From the NCBI GenBank assembly GCA_965279325.1, contig OZ257154.1:3649340-3713339 (forward strand): a stretch of DNA of 64,000 bases, written 5' to 3'. Shown here one piece after another: positions 27,588 through 36,347 of this stretch. This stretch comes from Burkholderiales bacterium (GTDB lineage Bacteria; Pseudomonadota; Gammaproteobacteria; Burkholderiales; Ga0077523). Below the pieces are notes generated by a model. The model did not search any database, had not been told where the DNA came from, and saw only the letters and a list, made by a program, of their open reading frames with translations. A program made the translations under genes and the position numbers. Every line of letters begins with the position of its first letter. The stretch's first letter is position 1.

Positions 27588-28646
27588 TCAGGTCGGGCGC
27601 TTGCCCTCCCAGGCGTCCTGCAGCAGTTGCCGGATGGCGCCGCGATCCAGGGGTCGCGGATTCCAGTAGGCATTCGTGGTGGCGAGGTCGGCGGCGCGAT
27701 CCAGGCCGTCCGCCGGCATGCCGATGTCCCGCAATGCGACCGGGGCACCGAGCGCGGCCGCGAAGTCGTGGATGCCCTGCGCCGCATCGGTCGCTCCCAG
27801 CGCGCGCGCGATTCGTCGCATCGCTTCCGGTGCCGCAGCCGCGTTGTAAGCAAGCGCATGCGGCAGCACGATCGTGTGGGTCTCGGCGTGCGGCAGGTTG
27901 AACGTGCCGCCCAGGGTGTGACAGAGCTTGTGATGCAGCGACATGCCCACCGCGCCGAGCACGGCGCCACAGAGCCAGGCGCCGTACAGGCACTCGGCGC
28001 GAGCTTCCGCGTCGGCCGGCGAAGCGACCACCTTCGGCAATCCGAGCGCGAGGGCGCGGATGCCTTCCTCGGCGAGGAGCGAGTGGATCGGATTCGCGTC
28101 CTGCGCGTACAGCGCCTCGGCCGCGTGCGCGATGGCGTTGATGCCGCTGGTGACGGAGAGCCGGGCTGGCAAGCCCAGCGTCAGGTTCGCGTCGTAGATC
28201 ACCGTCTGCGGCAGCACTCGGGCATCGCGCCCGGTCTTCTTCACGCCCGCTTCGGTGATGCCCCAGATCGGTGTCATTTCCGATCCCGCGTAGGTGGTCG
28301 GGATCGCGAGGATCGGCAGGCTCGACTCCAGTGCGATCGCCTTGCCCAGTCCGGTGGTGGATCCGCCGCCGATGGCGACCGCGCAGTCGGCACCGAGCCT
28401 TGCTGCTTCCTGCCTTGCGGCTCGTGCGGTCTCGACCGGGACGTGCATCACCGCACGATCGAACACGCCGGCGCAGCGGTTGCCCAGACGTTCAGCGATC
28501 ATGTCCGCGGAAACGCGTTGCTCGGGCGTGGACAGCACGAGGGCGCGTTTCGCCCCCAGCAGGTCGATCTCGCGCTCGAGGTTCTGGATGCTGCCGGCGC
28601 CGAACACGACGCGCGGTATCCGACTCTGGAAGGTGAAAGGGAGCAC
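27588..28646 (-). CDS. maleylacetate reductase (iron-containing alcohol dehydrogenase family; PnpF/HapF/TfdF-type)
   Basis: ORF track 27588..28709. The start is uncertain: GTG at 28646 lies 8 nt after the pcaJ stop, and ATG at 28709 would overlap pcaJ by 55 nt. Blocks AIGGGSTTGLGKAIA, IPTTYAGSEMT and SGINAIAHAAEALYA. Confidence 0.85.
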   Translation of the reverse strand: MLPFTFQSRIPRVVFGAGSIQNLEREIDLLGAKRALVLSTPEQRVSADMIAERLGNRCAGVFDRAVMHVPVETARAARQEAARLGADCAVAIGGGSTTGLGKAIALESSLPILAIPTTYAGSEMTPIWGITEAGVKKTGRDARVLPQTVIYDANLTLGLPARLSVTSGINAIAHAAEALYAQDANPIHSLLAEEGIRALALGLPKVVASPADAEARAECLYGAWLCGAVLGAVGMSLHHKLCHTLGGTFNLPHAETHTIVLPHALAYNAAAAPEAMRRIARALGATDAAQGIHDFAAALGAPVALRDIGMPADGLDRAADLATTNAYWNPRPLDRGAIRQLLQDAWEGKRPT

Positions 28647-28653
28647 TTCGGGC

Positions 28654-29310
28654 TCAGGCCGCCACGGCGACGGTGGACGGAAGCAGGCGCACGCCGGTGA
28701 GGCGCGCAAGCTCGTCGACGGTGAGGCCCTCGACCATTTCGACGACGCGCAGCCCCTGCGGCGTCACGTCGATTACGGCCAGATCGGTATAGACGCGATT
28801 GACGCAGCCGATCCCGGTCAGCGGATACGTGCAGCGCTCGACGATCTTGCTCTCGCCGGTCTTGGTCTGGTGTTCCATCATCACGTAGACCTGCTTCGCG
28901 CCGATGGCGAGATCCATCGCGCCGCCCACGGCGGGAATCGCATCCGGTCCGCCGGTGTGCCAGTTCGCGAGATCGCCGGTGGTGGAAACCTGGAAGGCGC
29001 CAAGCACGCAAACGTCCAGATGACCGCCGCGCATCATTGCGAACGAATCGGCGTGATGGAAGAAGCAGCCACCGGTCAGCAGCGTCACAGGCTGCTTGCC
29101 GGCGTTGATGAGATCCTCGTCCTCCTCGCCCGCTGCGGGCGCGGGACCCATGCCGAGCAACCCGTTCTCGCTGTGGAGGAATATCTCGCGATCCTTCGGC
29201 AGATGGTTCGCCACCAGAGTGGGCAGGCCGATGCCGAGATTGACGTACGCGCCTTCCTGGATGTCGCGTGCCACTCGGGCGGCGATCTGGTCACGGGTGA
29301 GTCGCTTCAT
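28654..29310 (-). CDS. pcaJ: 3-oxoadipate CoA-transferase subunit B
   Basis: Trimmed to MKRLTRDQIA at 29310, with GGAGGAAAG upstream. Catalytic-Glu block HSENGLLGMGP. Confidence 0.9.
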   Translation of the reverse strand: MKRLTRDQIAARVARDIQEGAYVNLGIGLPTLVANHLPKDREIFLHSENGLLGMGPAPAAGEEDEDLINAGKQPVTLLTGGCFFHHADSFAMMRGGHLDVCVLGAFQVSTTGDLANWHTGGPDAIPAVGGAMDLAIGAKQVYVMMEHQTKTGESKIVERCTYPLTGIGCVNRVYTDLAVIDVTPQGLRVVEMVEGLTVDELARLTGVRLLPSTVAVAA

Positions 29311-29323
29311 TTTCGCTTTCCTC

Positions 29324-30013
29324 CTACGCTGCCGCTCGCGCGCCCGACGACGCGCCGATCGCAACGACCCGCTGCACGAAGATGCCCGGGGTCACCACGG
29401 TTTCCGGATCGAGCGCTCCGAGCGGTACGACTTCGGAGACCTGCGCGATCGCACACTTCGCGGCGCTCGCCATGATCGGACCGAAGTTCCGCGCGGTCTT
29501 GCGATACACGAGGTTGCCCCAGCGGTCGCCCTTCAGTGCCTTGACGAGCGCGAAGTCGGCGTGGATCGGGTGCTCGAGCACGTAGTGCCGGCCGTCGATC
29601 AGGCGCGTCTCCTTGCCTTCGGCGAGCAACGTGCCATAGCCCGTCGGCGTGAAGAAGGCGCCGATGCCGGCACCCGCGGCGCGGATGCGTTCCGCGAGGT
29701 TGCCCTGCGGCACCAGTTCGAGCTCGATCTCGCCCGCACGGTAGAGCGCGTCGAACACTTGCGAATCCGCCTGGCGCGGGAACGAGCAGATGATCTTGCG
29801 CACGCGGCGCGCCTTGAGCAGTGCGGCAAGGCCGATCTCGCCATTGCCCGCGTTGTTGTTGACGATGGTGAGATCCTTCGCGCCCTGCGCAATGAGAGCG
29901 TCGATCAGTTCGGCGGGCTGCCCGGCCGCGCCGAAGCCGCCGATCATCACCGTGGCGCCATCGAACACGTCGGCCACGGCGGCTTCGAGGGATTTGGCGG
30001 TCTTGTCGATCAT
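29324..30013 (-). CDS. pcaI: 3-oxoadipate CoA-transferase subunit A
   Basis: Trimmed to MIDKTAKSLEAAV at 30013. MIGGFGAAGQPAELIDAL and ELELVPQGNLAERIRAAGAGI blocks. Confidence 0.9.
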   Translation of the reverse strand: MIDKTAKSLEAAVADVFDGATVMIGGFGAAGQPAELIDALIAQGAKDLTIVNNNAGNGEIGLAALLKARRVRKIICSFPRQADSQVFDALYRAGEIELELVPQGNLAERIRAAGAGIGAFFTPTGYGTLLAEGKETRLIDGRHYVLEHPIHADFALVKALKGDRWGNLVYRKTARNFGPIMASAAKCAIAQVSEVVPLGALDPETVVTPGIFVQRVVAIGASSGARAAA

Positions 30014-30040
30014 GTGTCTGCCCTCAGGAATGGCACAACG

Positions 30041-30175
30041 GGAACGCGGCGGACGCGGAGGAAAAGCCAAGGCAAGAGCGCGGAGGAAAGCGAACGCCGC
30101 AGCCGGAATCGACAGGCAGGGGCAGGCAGTCCTCCGCGTCCTTGCATTTGTCCATGGCGTCCTCCGCGTTCGAGC
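30041..30175. repeat. family-3-like long imperfect hairpin (ACGCGGAGGAC-type arms), copy c
   Basis: GAACGCGGCGGACGCGGAGGA...GCGCGGAGGA is complementary to GTCCTCCGCGTCC...GGCGTCCTCCGCGTTCG. Lies in the 181-nt gap between the ALDH stop and the pcaI start. Confidence 0.75.
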
Positions 30176-30194
30176 TTTTCTCGTTGTTGCGCAA

Positions 30195-31664
30195 TCAACG
30201 TGGGTAGTACGGCGGAATCTGCGCATCCACGTTCACCCACACGCTCTTGGCCTGCGTGTACTCGCGCATCACTTCGAAACCCATCTCGCGCCCGTAGCCG
30301 GAACTGCCGGTGCCGCCGAATGGCGATGCCGGATTGACCCGCTTGTAGCAGTTGATCCACACCATGCCGCTCTTCATCTCACGCGCGAATTTGTGTGCGC
30401 GCTGCAGATGCGTCGTCCACAGACCGCCGCCGAGGCCGTACTCGGTGCCGTTCGCGATGGCGAGCGCCTCCTCGTCGGTCCTGAACGTCGTCACCGAGAC
30501 GAAGGGACCGAACACCTCCTCCTGCGAGACGCGATCGGTGGGCTTCGCGCGCACGATGGTCGGCTCGATGTAGCAGCCCTTCGCGAGTTCCGCTCGCTCG
30601 GGGGCCTTGCCGCCGAGCAGCACCTGGCCGCCCTGATCCTTCGCGACCTGCACATACGAAAGGACGCGATCGCGATGACCGGCCGAAGTGAGCGGGCCCA
30701 TCTCTGTGGTTGGCTCCATCGGATTGCCGAGCTTGATGGACTTCGCCAATCCGATGAATTTCTCCAGGAACTCGTCGGCGATCTTCTCGTGCAGCACGAG
30801 CCGTGACCCGGCGATGCACGCCTGGCCCTGGTTGTGGAAGATCGCGAACGCCGAACCGCCCACCGCCGCCGGAATGAACGCGTCCTCGAACACGATGTTG
30901 GCGCCTTTGCCGCCGAGTTCGAGCTGTACCTTCTTCAAGTTGCCCGCGGACGCTTGCACGATGCGCCGGCCGGTGGCGGTCGATCCGGTGAAGGCGATCT
31001 TCGCGATCTCCGGGTGCTCGGCCATGTACTGCCCGGCGACCGAGCCGAGGCCCGGGACGATGTTGACCACGCCTTCCGGGAAACCGACCTCGGCCATCAG
31101 CTGCGCGATCTTCAGGCTGGACAACGGCGTCAGTTCCGCGGGCTTCATCACGACGCAATTGCCCGCGGCCAGCGCGGGCGCCATCTTCCAGCTCGTGAAC
31201 ATCAGCGGGAAATTCCACGGCACCACCTGGCCCACGACGCCGAGCGGCTCGCGCAGCATGTAGTTGAAAAATCCGGCCTCCACCGGAATCACCGAGCCTT
31301 CGAGCTTGTCCGCCATGCCGCCGAAATAGCGGAACGTCACCGCCGTGCGCGGCACATCGAGGCCGCGCGTGTCGCGCAGTGGGTGGCCGGTGTCGAGCGA
31401 CTCCAGCGTCGCGAGTTCCTCGGCTTTCTCCTCGATCCGGTCCGCGAGTCTGAGCAGCAGCCGCCCGCGATCCATCGCCGCCATGCGGCTCCATTTCGGA
31501 AACGCCGCCTTGGCCGCCGCGACGGCCTTGTCGATGTCGGCCTTGCCCGCCATGGCCACCTCGGCGAGCGTGCTGTTGTCGTGGGGGTTGAGGCTGGCGA
31601 GCGTGCCGCCGTCCTCGGCGGAGACGAACTTGCCGGCGATGAAGAGCTTGTCCTGGATTTCCAT
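30195..31664 (-). CDS. NAD(P)-dependent aldehyde dehydrogenase, probable 4-hydroxymuconic semialdehyde dehydrogenase (PnpE/HapE-type) by context
   Basis: ORF track 30195..31697, trimmed to MEIQDKLFIAG at 31664. ALDH blocks VQLELGGKG and catalytic-Cys GQACIAGSR. Sits two genes downstream of the hydroquinone dioxygenase genes, after the Rieske gene. Confidence 0.8.
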   Translation of the reverse strand: MEIQDKLFIAGKFVSAEDGGTLASLNPHDNSTLAEVAMAGKADIDKAVAAAKAAFPKWSRMAAMDRGRLLLRLADRIEEKAEELATLESLDTGHPLRDTRGLDVPRTAVTFRYFGGMADKLEGSVIPVEAGFFNYMLREPLGVVGQVVPWNFPLMFTSWKMAPALAAGNCVVMKPAELTPLSSLKIAQLMAEVGFPEGVVNIVPGLGSVAGQYMAEHPEIAKIAFTGSTATGRRIVQASAGNLKKVQLELGGKGANIVFEDAFIPAAVGGSAFAIFHNQGQACIAGSRLVLHEKIADEFLEKFIGLAKSIKLGNPMEPTTEMGPLTSAGHRDRVLSYVQVAKDQGGQVLLGGKAPERAELAKGCYIEPTIVRAKPTDRVSQEEVFGPFVSVTTFRTDEEALAIANGTEYGLGGGLWTTHLQRAHKFAREMKSGMVWINCYKRVNPASPFGGTGSSGYGREMGFEVMREYTQAKSVWVNVDAQIPPYYPR

Positions 31665-31668
31665 GATT

Positions 31669-31744
31669 GTCAGTGGTGCCGGGCCGCCCCAAACCACTGA
31701 CGCGCCCCCTCTGGGGGCAGCGACCGCAGGGAGCGTGGGGGTTG
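31669..31744. repeat. family-1 structured repeat, copy 3
   Basis: GTCAGTGGTGCCGGGCCGCCCCAAACCACTGACGCGCCCCCTCTGGGGGCAGCGACCGCAGGGAGCGTGGGGGTTG. Fills the 82-nt gap between the Rieske stop (31747) and the ALDH start (31664). Confidence 0.9.
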
Positions 31745-31746
31745 TT

Positions 31747-32148
31747 TCATTCCGTGGCGATGCATACGCGGCCCTGCTCGATGTTCAACGGCACGCGCAG
31801 GAGCGAATCGCCCTCGCACGGACCGTCCTCGCAGAACCCGTCCTCGAAGCGGAACATCGCGCAATGCACCGAGCAGTAGAGATAGTTGTGCTCGAACAAG
31901 GTGAAGCGGTCGGGTTCCACGTTGAGCGGCACGCCGAAGTGCGGACACTTGTTGACGTAGCCCCAGACGCTCTCGCCCGAGCGCAGCACGATCAGGCGGA
32001 ACGGTTCGCGTCCGTCACCGAAACTGAACTCGCGCGCACCACCATCCGGCACGTGCGCGAGATCGCACAGTTCCGTTCCCGGACCGGGCGCGAAATCGCG
32101 GTCCTTCCAGCTCGCAGCAGCAGCGGGCAGTTCCATGGGCGCGTTCAT
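31747..32148 (-). CDS. Rieske [2Fe-2S] domain protein (ferredoxin-like)
   Basis: CPHFG (C-x-H) followed 21 residues later by CSVH (C-x-x-H). 133 aa, with no oxygenase catalytic domain. Confidence 0.8.
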   Translation of the reverse strand: MNAPMELPAAAASWKDRDFAPGPGTELCDLAHVPDGGAREFSFGDGREPFRLIVLRSGESVWGYVNKCPHFGVPLNVEPDRFTLFEHNYLYCSVHCAMFRFEDGFCEDGPCEGDSLLRVPLNIEQGRVCIATE

Positions 32149-32216
32149 GGCGTGGGGCGGGCGGAACGGACCGCGCGCGATGTGCGCGATCCGTCTTTCC
32201 GACGAACAATCAGGTT

Positions 32217-33239
32217 CTAGAACTCGACCGGGTAAGGCTTCAGCTGCCCGCTCTCATAGAGCTTGGGCAGGTCCATCCGCGCGTTCTCCCACACGAGCAG
32301 CATCGACCGTTTGGTCGCGAAGCCCTGGTGGCGAATGTCCGCCGGCATCGCGGCCACGTCGCCGGCCTTCATCAGGACCCGCGCGCGGGGCTTGCCGGTT
32401 TCCTTGTCGGCGACGTCCCACTCGATTTCATCCGAGAGCTGGATGAACCACTCGACGCGGTCGTTGCCATGGATGATCGGGAGGATGTACTCCTCGGTCG
32501 TCGGGCAGTAGAGCGACTCGCGACAGACGGACGTGACCGAGGGATTCCACGTCACGTCGGAACGGCTCAGGTACTTGAACAGGTTGAAGCCGTGCAGCTT
32601 GCCTTCGAAGCCCGGTTCCACTTCGATCACCGGTTCGTCCTGCGCCACGTCGGCGAAGGCGCGATTGACCGGCAGGTCGTCCCGCAGCGGCGAATCACCC
32701 GGCAGTCCCGGCATGCGCTTGGTGGCGACGCGCTTGCGGTCGATCTTGTCGAGGTTGTTGCCGCTCTTGGTGCCGGCCCAGGTGGAGCCGGTTTCCTCGG
32801 GTGCGGCGAACGGGTCGAAGCCCGCGTTGCACCAGTCCTCGAGCACGGCCTTGCAGGTGGCCATCGCTACCGGCGAGTCGAACTCCTCGACGTAAGACAG
32901 GCCCGCCTGATGGTAGGCGGGGTTGTAGCGGCCGGCGAAGAATTCGACGCGGCCGTACAGGTTGCGACTGCCGAACATGCCGTCGAAGTTCACGAGACCG
33001 TAGAAGAAGCCCCAGGCCACGTCGCGCATCAGCGCGCGCAGGAAGGCGTCGGCGGACATGCGGTGCTGCATCGGGCCCTGCTTCGTGGGCCAGGTGACGG
33101 TGACGAAGTATTCGTCGCGTTCGAAGTGGAACTTGCCGAGGTCGAACTTGCGGAATCCGGTCTTGGCATCGGGCTCGCTCGCGTTGACGGCGATCTGCGG
33201 GCGGGCGGCGGGTTTGGCGGCGGTCTCGAGCATGGCCAT
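32217..33239 (-). CDS. pnpD: hydroquinone 1,2-dioxygenase large subunit (PnpD/HapD-type, Fe2+ cupin)
   Basis: Trimmed to MAMLETAAK at 33239, with GGAGA 8 nt upstream. 340 aa. H257-x-N259-x3-E263 ... H304 matches, with an offset of 1, the Fe ligands I recall for PnpD (H256, N258, E262, H303). Confidence 0.85.
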   Translation of the reverse strand: MAMLETAAKPAARPQIAVNASEPDAKTGFRKFDLGKFHFERDEYFVTVTWPTKQGPMQHRMSADAFLRALMRDVAWGFFYGLVNFDGMFGSRNLYGRVEFFAGRYNPAYHQAGLSYVEEFDSPVAMATCKAVLEDWCNAGFDPFAAPEETGSTWAGTKSGNNLDKIDRKRVATKRMPGLPGDSPLRDDLPVNRAFADVAQDEPVIEVEPGFEGKLHGFNLFKYLSRSDVTWNPSVTSVCRESLYCPTTEEYILPIIHGNDRVEWFIQLSDEIEWDVADKETGKPRARVLMKAGDVAAMPADIRHQGFATKRSMLLVWENARMDLPKLYESGQLKPYPVEF

Positions 33240-33271
33240 GGTGGGGGTCTCCGTACGGGTTTGAGGCCTGT

Positions 33272-33769
33272 TCAGTGGGCGCAGATCTCGGCCCACTTCT
33301 GGACCGTCAGATCGCCGACGAGGGTCTGCTGGATCATCACCGAGGGATCCTTGGCGGTGAACTGATAAGCAGAGCCTTTGGGTAGCAGCGCCTGGTGGCC
33401 ACGCTTCAGGTGGACGCGGCCCATCTTCTTGCCGGCCGGCGAACCCGAGAGCTTCACCGTGCCTTCCTTGCCCGCGGGAATCGCAGAAGCGTCGGCCAAC
33501 TCGACGAAGGAGACGGACACCTCGCCGTCGAGCACCACCACGAACTCATCGTGGCCAGCGGTGAACCAGTCGGAGGTGCCTTCGGCCCGGATGGTCTCGA
33601 TCACGTACTCGAGGTTCTTCGCCACCGCGACCTTTTCCCACGGCTTCGACTTCGAGGCGACTTCGAAGACGTTCGAGTAGCAGTAGTACTTCGGGTTGTC
33701 GTTGATGATGCTGAGGGTGCCCTTCTCGTACTTCTTCAGGGACCCGAAGACCGTCGTGTAATGCGACAT
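33272..33769 (-). CDS. pnpC: hydroquinone 1,2-dioxygenase small subunit (PnpC/HapC-type)
   Basis: C-terminal 165 aa of ORF 33272..34396, starting at MSHYTTVFGSL (ATG 33769, GGAGGAG upstream). Size and position directly upstream of the large subunit match the two-subunit enzyme. Confidence 0.75.
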   Translation of the reverse strand: MSHYTTVFGSLKKYEKGTLSIINDNPKYYCYSNVFEVASKSKPWEKVAVAKNLEYVIETIRAEGTSDWFTAGHDEFVVVLDGEVSVSFVELADASAIPAGKEGTVKLSGSPAGKKMGRVHLKRGHQALLPKGSAYQFTAKDPSVMIQQTLVGDLTVQKWAEICAH

Positions 33770-33897
33770 GCTGGTGGCTCCTCCAGTCGATCCGGGGCTG
33801 CGTCGCCCTCGGCGTTTTCGTTGCGGGCCGGCCATCCAGCGCCAACCCCCGATCACGGCATCGCGTTCGATCCCGAATTCGTGCAGAGTTCGCAGAA

Positions 33898-33992
33898 GTT
33901 CGAATGTCGAACGTGTGTTCTTTATTTGAACGCAGTCTAGGCAGGTGCGAAAATTCGTGTCAAGCGGTTTTTCGCATACAGAACACGTGTTC
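33898..33992. promoter_or_regulatory. divergent control region: palindromic operator candidates plus face-to-face sigma70-like promoters
   Basis: Perfect palindromes GTTCGAATGTCGAAC (33898-33912) and GAACACGTGTTC (33981-33992), plus related GAACGTGTGTTC (33909-33920). Minus strand: TTGACA (33963-33958), N18, TAGACT (33939-33934). Plus strand: TTGAAC (33926-33931), N17, GAAAAT (33949-33954). Locally AT-rich. Confidence 0.4.
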
Positions 33993-34045
33993 GTAATAAG
34001 AACTTTTTGACATGCCTCATGGCATCCACGGACGGAGATGTAACG

Positions 34046-34864
34046 ATGGCAACGGAAAGCGGCGGCATTGCCGAGATGGACGAGAACGCGGAGGCCGATC
34101 CGCGCCCTGGTGACGGCTACGTGCAATCGTTCGCGCGCGGGCTTGCCGTGATCCGCGCATTCAACGGTGACCGGCCGACGATGACGCTCTCCGAGGTGGC
34201 CGACGCCGCCGGCCTGACCCGAGCCGGCGCGCGGCGCATCCTGCTTACGCTGGTGCAATTGGGTTACGTCGCGCTGGACGGACGACAGTTCCGGCTGACG
34301 GCCCGCATCCTCGATCTCGGTTTCGCCTACCTGTCGTCGATGCCGTTCTGGAATCTGGCCGAACCGATCATGGAGGCGCTCGTGAACGAGGTGCACGAGT
34401 CATGCTCCGCTTCCGTGCTCGACGGAGCGGACATCGTCTACGTGCTGCGCATCCCCACTTCCAAGATCATGGCCATCAGCCTCGGGCTCGGCAGCCGCCT
34501 GCCGGCGTTCTGCACCTCCATGGGCCGCGTGCTGCTGTCGGGCCTCACCGATGCCGAGATCGACGCGGTACTGCGCAAATCCGACCTGCGTCCCCGCACC
34601 GACCGCACGGTGACCGATCGCGCCGAGTTGAAGAAGCTCATCTGCGAAGTGCGCGAGAAGGGCTGGGCGATGGTGAACCAGGAACTCGAGGAGGGTCTCA
34701 TCTCCATCAGTGCACCGATCCGCGATCGGACCGGTCGCATCATCGCGGCCATGAACATCAGCGGCCAGGCGAACCGGACGCCCGCGACGCAGATGGTGAA
34801 GAAGCTCCTCCCGCCGCTACGGGACGCGGCCGACCGGATCAGCGGATTGCTGCAGCGGCGCTGA
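34046..34864 (+). CDS. IclR-family transcriptional regulator (PcaR/PobR-like)
   Basis: ORF track 34007..34864. ATG at 34046 lies 8 nt after GGAG. HTH LSEVADAAGLTRAGARRILLTLVQLGYV and IclR effector domain. Divergent from the catabolic operon. Confidence 0.85.
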   Translation: MATESGGIAEMDENAEADPRPGDGYVQSFARGLAVIRAFNGDRPTMTLSEVADAAGLTRAGARRILLTLVQLGYVALDGRQFRLTARILDLGFAYLSSMPFWNLAEPIMEALVNEVHESCSASVLDGADIVYVLRIPTSKIMAISLGLGSRLPAFCTSMGRVLLSGLTDAEIDAVLRKSDLRPRTDRTVTDRAELKKLICEVREKGWAMVNQELEEGLISISAPIRDRTGRIIAAMNISGQANRTPATQMVKKLLPPLRDAADRISGLLQRR

Positions 34865-34878
34865 CGCAAGCTGTACGT

Positions 34879-34947
34879 CCCCTCCCCCGGCTTCGCCGGG
34901 GGAGGGCCCCCATCCCAGCCTTCCCCCACCTTATGGTGGGGGAAGGA
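34879..34947. repeat. family-2 repeat, rearranged copy c
   Basis: CCCCTCCCCCGGCTTCGCCGGGGGAGGG followed by CCCCCATCCCAGCC and TTCCCCCACCTTATGGTGGGGGAAGG. Lies between convergent genes. Confidence 0.75.
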
Positions 34948-34961
34948 GCGGTAGGTGGTTT

Positions 34962-35720
34962 TCAGCCGCGACCCACGTACGGCATCTGCGTGGCCATGAC
35001 GGTCATGGTCAGCACGTTCGACTCCAGCGGCAGGTTCGCCATCATCAGGACCGCGTCGGCGACGTGCTGCACGTCCATCAGCGGCTCTACCTTGATTTCG
35101 CCGTTGGCCTGCGGCACGCCCTTGGCCGCGCGCGCGATCATTGCCGTGGCGGCGTTGCCGATGTCGATCTGGCCGGCAGCGATGTTGTACTTGCGTCCGT
35201 CGAGCGCCGTGGACTTGGTGAGGCCGGTGATCGCGTGCTTGGTGGATGTGTACGGTGCCGAATTGGGCCGCGGTGCGTGCGCCGATATCGAGCCGTTGTT
35301 GATGATCCGCCCGCCCTGGGGCGTCTGGTCCTTCATGATCCGGAAGGCCGCCTGCGTGCACAGGAACGGTCCGGTCAGGTTGATGTCGACCACGTTCTTC
35401 CACTGCTCGAACGTGAGGTCCTCGAGCATCACGCCGGGTGCGCTGACGCCGGCGTTGTTGAACAGGACGTCCACCCGTCCCCAGGTCGCCTTCACCTTCG
35501 CGAACAGCGCCGCGACCGATTCCGGCTGGCTGACATCCGTCGGGACGGCGATCGCACGGCCGGGTGCTGCACCCGATTCCGTGATCGCCTCGGCGAGCGG
35601 CTCTGCCCGGCGCCCGGCGAGCGCCACTCGATAGCCGTTCTTCAACAACGTGACGGCGACCGCCTTGCCGATGCCCGTGCCGGCGCCCGTGACGACGGCG
35701 ACCTTGTCCTGTGTGCTCAT
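34962..35720 (-). CDS. short-chain dehydrogenase/reductase (SDR)
   Basis: Trimmed to [20 protein letters not shown] at 35720. YTSTK catalytic motif. Confidence 0.85.
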   Translation of the reverse strand: MSTQDKVAVVTGAGTGIGKAVAVTLLKNGYRVALAGRRAEPLAEAITESGAAPGRAIAVPTDVSQPESVAALFAKVKATWGRVDVLFNNAGVSAPGVMLEDLTFEQWKNVVDINLTGPFLCTQAAFRIMKDQTPQGGRIINNGSISAHAPRPNSAPYTSTKHAITGLTKSTALDGRKYNIAAGQIDIGNAATAMIARAAKGVPQANGEIKVEPLMDVQHVADAVLMMANLPLESNVLTMTVMATQMPYVGRG

Positions 35721-35842
35721 GCTTCTCCCCTGGTTGTTCTCGTACCCGCCGCGCATGGTAGCGCACGCGACGGCACCGACCATCCGAAATGCCGATCCCT
35801 GCGTAAGCATGTCGAGGCCCGGCATTTCCGACGGAGAAGACC

Positions 35843-36337
35843 ATGAACCCACCGATCGATGACGAACGGGCGCCGCTGCCCGACGCGATCATCACGGCGC
35901 TCTGCGCCGCCGTCGTTCCCATCGAGCCGCCCACCGAGCGGGGCACCGCCGTGCTCGAAAGGACGCTCGCCCTGAATGCCCCATCGGGCGAGAGCGACGA
36001 CGGTCATCCCGGCTTGCGTACCCTGCGTCGCGACGGCGCCGGCTGGGTGGAAATGCTGCCGGGCGTCCGCGCGCGGCTGCTGCAGACCGACGGCGTGGCG
36101 CAGTCCTGGCTCGTACGGCTCGATCCAGGGGCGAGCGCTCCGGCCCACGACCATCCCGACATCGAGGAATGCATCGTCCTCGAAGGCGAGGTCGAATACC
36201 TCGGCGGCGCCCGACTGCGCGCCGGCGACTACCAGGTAGCCCATCGCGGCGCCCGTCACACGGAACTGTCGAGTCCGGTGGGAGCGCTGGTGTTCCTGCG
36301 CTACGGGCAGCCGCTGGAGAACTATCTGCGGCCCTGA
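35843..36337 (+). CDS. cupin-domain protein (ChrR C-terminal-like), function unknown
   Basis: [16 protein letters not shown] ... AHRGARH cupin metal-site pattern. No N-terminal zinc anti-sigma motif seen. Confidence 0.6.
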   Translation: MNPPIDDERAPLPDAIITALCAAVVPIEPPTERGTAVLERTLALNAPSGESDDGHPGLRTLRRDGAGWVEMLPGVRARLLQTDGVAQSWLVRLDPGASAPAHDHPDIEECIVLEGEVEYLGGARLRAGDYQVAHRGARHTELSSPVGALVFLRYGQPLENYLRP

Positions 36338-36347
36338 GCCCGCGCGC

